Source of the DNA: an uncultured Gammaproteobacteria bacterium
GTDB lineage: Bacteria; Pseudomonadota; Gammaproteobacteria; UBA9214
Direction of reading: 5' to 3'
DNA: 64,000 nt
NCBI GenBank assembly: GCA_963827755.1
Contig: CAWHCQ010000017.1
Span: 32,001 to 96,000 of the forward strand
Below are positions 56,716 through 64,000 of this stretch, piece by piece (the first letter of the stretch is position 1; each line of letters opens with the position of its first letter). Below the pieces are notes generated by a model that did not search any database, had not been told where the DNA came from, and worked only from the letters and a program-made list of their open reading frames with translations. Made by a program: the position numbers and the translations under genes.

Positions 56716-57880
56716 CGGGTGTCTCGCTTATCCAGTATTGCAGCAGTTCATTCAGGTGTTGCTGTCCCTTCGGAGTTGTGCGGATAGTGTTGTCTTCCTG
56801 CAGCAACAGTCCTTTTTCGCAGGCCGCCGTGACGGTTTGCTGCATACAGGAAAACGGCAGGCCGGTGGTTTCGCTGAAGCCCGTGGTAGTGAAACCCCGG
56901 TCGAGGCGCAATGCATTTAACACGAATTCCAGTTTTACATCGGCTTCGCTCAACTCATTGTACGAGCTGATGCGTTGCGCACTGCCTGCGTTTTCCATGT
57001 AGCTGCGCGGCTGACGGGTTTTTGCGCTGCGCCGGATGGTCTGCCTGGCGGCATCGGTTATCTTCGCGTGTGCGCCGGCGCCGATCCCGAGATAATCGCC
57101 GAACTGCCAGTAGTTCAGGTTGTGCCGGCATTGCCCGCCGGCCCTTGCCTAGGCGGAGACTTCATAGCGCGTGTAGCCGTTGGCCTCCAGCAGTTCGCGT
57201 CCTGATTCTTGCATGTCCCAGAGTGTGTCGTCATCGACCGGTTCGGGCGGGTGGCGGTGAAACCAGGTGTTCGGTTCGATGGTCAGTTCATAGCGGGATA
57301 TGTGTGCCGGCTCAAGCCCGATGGCCGTGTGCAGATCGTCCAGCGCCTGCCTGCCGGTCTGTCCGGGCAGGCCATACATCAGGTCCAGGTTGATATTGGC
57401 AAAGCCCGCCTGTCGGGCTGCCGTGACGGCGCTCAATGCCTGCCGGTCATCGTGGATCCTGCCGATCTTTTCCAGCAGGCCCGGCTGGAAGCTCTGCACC
57501 CCGATCGACAGCCTGTTGACGCCGGCGGCGTAAAAACCCGCGAATCGTTCCTGGTCGACTGTGCCGGGATTGGCTTCCAGCGTGATCTCGGCATCCGGTT
57601 TCAGGGGAAGTCGTGCCCGCACCTCGCTTAACAGGCGCTCAATGGCTGCCGCTGAAAACAGGCTGGGTGTGCCGCCACCGATAAAAACGCTCTCCACGCT
57701 GCGTCCCCAGACGCCGGGCAGGTCCTGTTCGAGGTCGGCGATCAATGCATCGACATAGGCCTGTTCCGGGAGAGTGTCACGCGCTTCATGCGAGTTGAAA
57801 TCACAATAGGGGCATTTGCGTACGCACCACGGGATATGGATGTAGAGGCTCAGTGGTGGTGTAGCTGTGAAGTCGAACAT
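56690..57880 (-). CDS. hemW: Radical SAM heme chaperone HemW (frameshift near 57150)
   Basis: LYIHIPWCVRKCPYCDFNS, GGGTPS, YEVSA; continues CRHNLNYWQFGDYLGIGAGAH in another frame. Confidence 0.92.
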
Positions 57881-58083
57881 GGAGTCGTTACTGTAAACCT
57901 TTCATCATTATGTGCAAACAGGCTCTTTACGGGTATCGGGCTCGCATTACATGTGGTTTTGTGTACTCCATCACATCAGCCATGCGCACTTTTTCGTATG
58001 CTTGGTACCGTGCTCCTCGCTGCCCGGAGGGTTGACGGGGCAGTCACAATTTAGCGCTGGTATTTGAGCCTCGGACGGGTAAT

Positions 58084-58299
58084 ATGAAAAATCCATTGTC
58101 AATGATCATCAGGGTGGCCGATTTGAAAATTCTGCCGTTGGTCTTTTCGCTGTTGCTGCTGCAGGGTTGTGCCGCGATGGTGGTCGGTGCAGTCGTTGGT
58201 ACTGCGACCACGATTGCCGTTGAAACGATAAAGGTTCCGTTCAAGGTCGGCGCAGCAGTTATCGACGTCGTCAGCGATGACGAGGAAGAAGAAGAGTAG
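58084..58299 (+). CDS. Small lipoprotein
   Basis: Lipobox LQGC, amphipathic KVPFKVGAAV, acidic tail. Confidence 0.65.
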   Translation: MKNPLSMIIRVADLKILPLVFSLLLLQGCAAMVVGAVVGTATTIAVETIKVPFKVGAAVIDVVSDDEEEEE

Positions 58300-58915
58300 G
58301 CCCTGTCAGCGTCTGTCCCTGCGCCACCTCTGCAAATGCCGCCAGCAGCTTGCGCAAGGCCTGTCCGCGGTGACTCAGTGAATTCTTGATATCCGCCGGC
58401 AATTCGGCCGATGAGCAGTTGTGTGTCGGCACGTAGAACACCGGGTCATAGCCAAAACCGTTTTCACCGCGTGGCTCGAACAGGATGCGGCCCTCCCAGG
58501 TGCCCTGGCAGATGAGCGGTGTCGGGTCGGTTGCGTGGCGCATGTAGACCATCAGGCACTGGAACCGTGCCGTGCGCTTTTCTTCTGGCAGGTCACCCAG
58601 TTCGCGGAGCAGCTTTTCCAGATTGGCCTGGTCACTGGCGCCGACCCCGGCATAGCGTGCCGAATAAATACCGGGTTCACCGCGCAGGGCATCCACCTCA
58701 ATGCCGGAGTCATCGGCGATTGCCGGCAGCCCGGTGTGCTGTGCCGCGTTGCGTGCCTTGAGGATGGCATTTTCGACAAAGGTCAGCCCGGTCTCATCGA
58801 TATCAGGCACGCCGAAGCCTGTTTGCGGCTGTACCTGCAGGTCGAGTCCCGCGAGTAACTGGTTGATCTCGCGGACCTTGCCCTGGTTACTGCTGGCCAG
58901 AACGATTTCTTTCAT
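58271..58915 (-). CDS. rdgB: dITP/XTP pyrophosphatase
   Basis: ASSNQGK, ENAILKA, ADDSG, GFGYDP, SHRG; 3' end uncertain. Confidence 0.95.
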   Translation of the reverse strand: MKEIVLASSNQGKVREINQLLAGLDLQVQPQTGFGVPDIDETGLTFVENAILKARNAAQHTGLPAIADDSGIEVDALRGEPGIYSARYAGVGASDQANLEKLLRELGDLPEEKRTARFQCLMVYMRHATDPTPLICQGTWEGRILFEPRGENGFGYDPVFYVPTHNCSSAELPADIKNSLSHRGQALRKLLAAFAEVAQGQTLTGPTLLLPRHR

Positions 58916-59032
58916 TGCATTAATCCGGGCAAGTGGTTGTAGCGGCAGCTTGTTTACAGCCTGGCGAAATCCGGGGATGTAACCGCAGCAGGGTTGCCGG
59001 TTTTGGTCTTGCGGGCCAACCCGGGCCGGCGG

Positions 59033-59752
59033 TCAGCCCTGTTCGAGGGCGGCCTGCTGCGAGGCGAGTAACTCCCCGATACCTTTTTTTGCCAGTGCCA
59101 GCATGGCATTCAGTTCATCCTGGCTGAAGGGGTGTCCTTCTGCCGTGCCCTGTACTTCAATGAAGTTTTCCGTGTCATTCATGACCACGTTCATGTCGGT
59201 TTCGGCATTGCAGTCTTCCGGGTAGTCCAGGTCGAGTATCGGTGTTTCCTTGTATATGCCGACAGAGACAGAGGCCACCCGTCCGGTGATCGGGCTTTTA
59301 GTCAATACATTGCTGTCCAGCAGTTTCTGGATCGCGTCGGCAAGTGCGACATAGCCACCGGTAATACTGGCGGTGCGGGTGCCGCCATCGGCCTGGATTA
59401 CATCGCAGTCGATGGTGATGGTGCGCTCACCGAGCAGCTTCATGTCCATCACGGCACGCAACGAGCGACCGATCAGTCGCTGGATCTCCATGGTGCGCCC
59501 GCCCTGTTTGCCGCGTGCGGCTTCACGTCCCATGCGGCTGCTGGTTGAACGTGGCAGCATGCCGTACTCGGCGGTCACCCAGCCTTCGCCCTTGCCGCGC
59601 AGAAAACCGGGCACCCGTTCTTCCACGGAGGCATTGCAGAGGACGCGGGTATCGCCGAACTCCACGAGTACGGAACCCTCGGCATGCTTGGTGTAGTTGC
59701 GTGTGATGCGTACGTGGCGCATTTCGTCCGGGGCGCGTTTGCTGGGCCGCAT
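59033..59752 (-). CDS. rph: Ribonuclease PH
   Basis: [35 protein letters not shown]. Confidence 0.97.
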   Translation of the reverse strand: MRPSKRAPDEMRHVRITRNYTKHAEGSVLVEFGDTRVLCNASVEERVPGFLRGKGEGWVTAEYGMLPRSTSSRMGREAARGKQGGRTMEIQRLIGRSLRAVMDMKLLGERTITIDCDVIQADGGTRTASITGGYVALADAIQKLLDSNVLTKSPITGRVASVSVGIYKETPILDLDYPEDCNAETDMNVVMNDTENFIEVQGTAEGHPFSQDELNAMLALAKKGIGELLASQQAALEQG

Positions 59753-59918
59753 GGTGCTTTCCTGTCTGTAAATGAGGCGCGGATTATAGCGCGATATCTG
59801 CCGGTGATTGGTGCTGAATCGGTGTTAATTGAACAGCCATCCTGTTATAAACAGTCTGTCACGGGGGCGGGCCGGGATGCTTCCAGGCAGATTTCTGTTC
59901 AGACCAGCGGGAACCATT

Positions 59919-60995
59919 ATGAACAATGATGCTATTACAAGGACCAGCGGGCTGCTGGTGTCACTGGCGGCCTTTGTCGTGGTGGTTGCGGGGATGAAGG
60001 CCGCGGCCCCGTTGCTGGTGCCTTTTTTGCTGGCCCTGTTTATTGCGGTGACGATTGCATCCCCCTACAGCTGGCTGCAGGGCAGGGGGCTGCCGCCCGG
60101 ACTGGCGCTGCTGGTCGTGCTGGGCCTGTTTATCGGTGTCGTTTTCCTGATCGGCTCGCTGATCGGGACGTCGGTCGATGATTTCTCGCGCAGCTTTCCC
60201 GAATACCAGGCGCGCCTGAAGACTATGACGGATGGCCTGGTCACGTGGCTGGGCAGTATGGGTATTCATGTTTCAGGCGAACTGTTGTCCAGCTATATGG
60301 ACCCGGCCAAGGCGATGAAGATGACGGCGAATATTCTCAGCGGCATGGGCGGCCTGCTGACCAACGGGTTTCTTATTATCATTACGGTGATTTTCCTGAT
60401 GCTGGAGGCGGCCGGTTTTCCCGGCAAGTGGCGCGCGGCGCACCGCAACGCTGAAGACTCACTCGAGCGGATCAATACAGCCATTCGCAATATCAACCAG
60501 TACATGGGAATCAAGACGCTCACCAGCCTCGCAACCGCTATCGTCATCGCCGCCTGGCTTGGCATCCTCGGTGTGGATTACGCCATGCTCTGGGGGATGC
60601 TTGCCTTCCTGCTTAATTTTGTGCCCAACATCGGTTCCATCATCGCCGCTGTACCGGCCGTGTTGCTCGCGCTGGTACAGCTGGGGGTTGCCTCGGCCGT
60701 ATTGACGGGACTCGGCTACCTGGTGGCGAACGTGGTCATCGGCACGTTTCTCGAACCGCGCTTCATGGGCAAGGGCCTGGGGTTGTCGACCCTGGTGGTG
60801 TTTGTTTCACTGGTCTTCTGGGGCTGGGTGCTCGGGCCGGTGGGGATGCTGTTGTCGGTGCCGCTGACGATCGTGATCAAGATTGCGCTGGACAGCAACG
60901 GCAATTCGCGCTGGATGGCCGTCATGCTGGGCCCCGGTGTCGCGCCCGAACCCCCGGCTGCCGACGACGCGCAGGCTGGGTCGCCCGAAGCCTGA
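59919..60995 (+). CDS. AI-2E family transporter
   Basis: FLLNFVPNIGS, LEPRFMG, FWGWVLGPVGMLLSVPLT. Confidence 0.9.
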   Translation: MNNDAITRTSGLLVSLAAFVVVVAGMKAAAPLLVPFLLALFIAVTIASPYSWLQGRGLPPGLALLVVLGLFIGVVFLIGSLIGTSVDDFSRSFPEYQARLKTMTDGLVTWLGSMGIHVSGELLSSYMDPAKAMKMTANILSGMGGLLTNGFLIIITVIFLMLEAAGFPGKWRAAHRNAEDSLERINTAIRNINQYMGIKTLTSLATAIVIAAWLGILGVDYAMLWGMLAFLLNFVPNIGSIIAAVPAVLLALVQLGVASAVLTGLGYLVANVVIGTFLEPRFMGKGLGLSTLVVFVSLVFWGWVLGPVGMLLSVPLTIVIKIALDSNGNSRWMAVMLGPGVAPEPPAADDAQAGSPEA

Positions 60996-61277
60996 TATCC
61001 GGTTTCGGCCCCGCTGCGCAGCTTAAATATAAGTTATTGATAGTTGAATGATTGTTGTGAATGTATTATGTTGCTCTGGCAGTTGCCAGGGAAGCTGGCC
61101 CAGCGCCGCCAGCGGGGCAGTTGAGTGGGAGTGGATTCAAGCTGTTTGAACGCCCTCTCATTCAATGTTTCAAGTCTTTGTGCATTCAAGACAGGCGAAC
61201 GAGCGGTCGATAGACGGGTATCCGCGCTGCGGAAACTGGTCCTGTCACCCGGATCACACATTTGGAGATGCGCCATT

Positions 61278-61589
61278 ATGAAAAATTCACACAGAAAGCT
61301 GATTTCCTGCCTGATGGCTGCCGTGCTTGCTTTTGGCAGTCTGTCAATGGCCGGGCTGGCCTCGGCCGGTGAAACCTACGATTTCAATTCCAGGCCCAAC
61401 AGCGGGGAAATCTTTTTAGATATGCTCATCATGAGGCCGGTGATGCTGGTGGGTACCGTCATCGGTGCCGCGGCATTTATCGTCAGTCTGCCATTCAGTG
61501 CACTTGGCGGAAATGTCGCTGATACGGCCGAGACACTGGTGATGGAGCCGGTGCAATATACCTTTCTGCGTCCGCTGGGAGATATTTAA
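61278..61589 (+). CDS. Small conserved secreted/membrane protein
   Basis: RBS GGAG, signal peptide, D..IMRP..SLPFSALGGNV..P..YTFLRPLG. Confidence 0.75.
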   Translation: MKNSHRKLISCLMAAVLAFGSLSMAGLASAGETYDFNSRPNSGEIFLDMLIMRPVMLVGTVIGAAAFIVSLPFSALGGNVADTAETLVMEPVQYTFLRPLGDI

Positions 61590-61610
61590 CAGCGCCTGAA
61601 TACGTTCTGC

Positions 61611-61650
61611 AAAGCCACGCATGCCGGAAATGGCTGCGTGGCTTTTTTTT
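61611..61650 (+). terminator. Rho-independent terminator
   Basis: aaagccacgca...tgcgtggcttt plus T-run. Confidence 0.75.
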
Positions 61651-61749
61651 GCCTTCATGCGGCCACAAAACCGGGCAGGTTGGCCTGTCCACTGTTTTGC
61701 TTTGCCAATAAGGCTTAACATGGCGGCCTTGTTACAGACGGGTGAGACG

Positions 61750-63256
<1,507 letters not shown>

Positions 63257-63326
63257 CCGGGATCATTCGGGTAGACTGCGTCACCCATTTGGCAGTATTG
63301 GTGTTACCTGTTTTTCGGAGTGGATT

Positions 63327-63692
63327 ATGGCACGTGTAACCGTTGAAGATTGTCTGGACAAGGTTGAAAACCGCTTTCAGCTGGTGCTTGTTGCAACCAA
63401 GCGTGCCCGGCAGCTTGCGAATGGCGTGATGCCGCTGGTGGAGTGGGAAAATGACAAGCCCACCATTGTCGCGTTGCGCGAGATTGCCGATGGCCTGATT
63501 GACGCTTCCATTCTTGATGAGCCGCTTTACCCTGACCTGTCCATGAAAGAGACCGAAGAAGAGGCTGCCGCCGACGAGGCTGCTGGCTCCGCCGATGAAG
63601 CTGTTGAGGCGGCGCCTGCCGGCGAAACCGATACGGCCGCCGCTTCTGAAGATACCCCGGCGGAGGAAGCCGCGTCGAAAGACGCCGACTGA
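63327..63692 (+). CDS. rpoZ: RNA polymerase omega subunit with acidic C-terminal extension
   Basis: [36 protein letters not shown]. Confidence 0.96.
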   Translation: MARVTVEDCLDKVENRFQLVLVATKRARQLANGVMPLVEWENDKPTIVALREIADGLIDASILDEPLYPDLSMKETEEEAAADEAAGSADEAVEAAPAGETDTAAASEDTPAEEAASKDAD

Positions 63693-63881
63693 GCCCGGTT
63701 CCACCCGCCACTGCCCCCGCCCCGGGGGCCGCAGGCTTTTACCCGCACAATCCTTTTCCCCCGTCGGGCCGATTCGACCTGCATGCTTACCTGTGCACGG
63801 TATTGGGGTTATAGTCCGGTAACTGAAGACAATAAACCCGAGGCGGAATGCTGACGATCAGTGTCGGCCTGGCTACAGCGG

Positions 63882-64000
63882 ATGGCAAGAAGACAGGAAA
63901 TACCCGGCGATGACGAATCGCGTTTTTTAATCAGTGACCTGCTCAGGTTGCTGGAAACCTACCTTGAGCCGGAACAGGTGCAGGAGGTTTACCGGGCCTA
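63882..64000 (+). CDS. spoT: SpoT (ppGpp synthetase/hydrolase) N-terminus, truncated by the window edge
   Basis: MARRQEIPGDDESRFLISDLLRLLETYLEPEQVQEVYRA; canonical gmk-rpoZ-spoT order. Confidence 0.75.
   Translation, partial: MARRQEIPGDDESRFLISDLLRLLETYLEPEQVQEVYRA

Overview
GC-rich gammaproteobacterial chromosomal window, mostly housekeeping genes: comM/yifB, ubiK, two glnK-amt pairs, fetAB-like ABC pair, argS, priA, pntAA-AB-B, hemE, gltBD, dgt, aroBK, pilMNOPQ, mrcA, mdh, rpmE, hemW, rdgB, rph, yicC, gmk, rpoZ and the start of spoT. About ten genes carry single frameshifts that look like long-read sequencing errors. No rRNA, tRNA or CRISPR-Cas was recognised. The most unusual feature is a ~700-800 bp non-coding element present twice (7731-8523 and 31518-32197). 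Each copy has two inverted ~280-bp arms (types A and B) whose stems differ in sequence but keep their pairing around an invariant 35-nt core. The arms carry GNA-triloop and sheared-GA hairpins on one strand and inward-facing GTAG tags. A REP-associated tyrosine transposase (RAYT) with its tandem and paired GTAG REPs, plus two further REP families, lies in the same window, so the element may be a giant REPIN-like ssDNA mobile unit (inference). Also noted: a probable decayed integron-cassette run (11.9-17.3 kb), an NtrC/sigma54 promoter, DARS-like and datA-like DnaA-box clusters, and a secreted 11-mer repeat protein.
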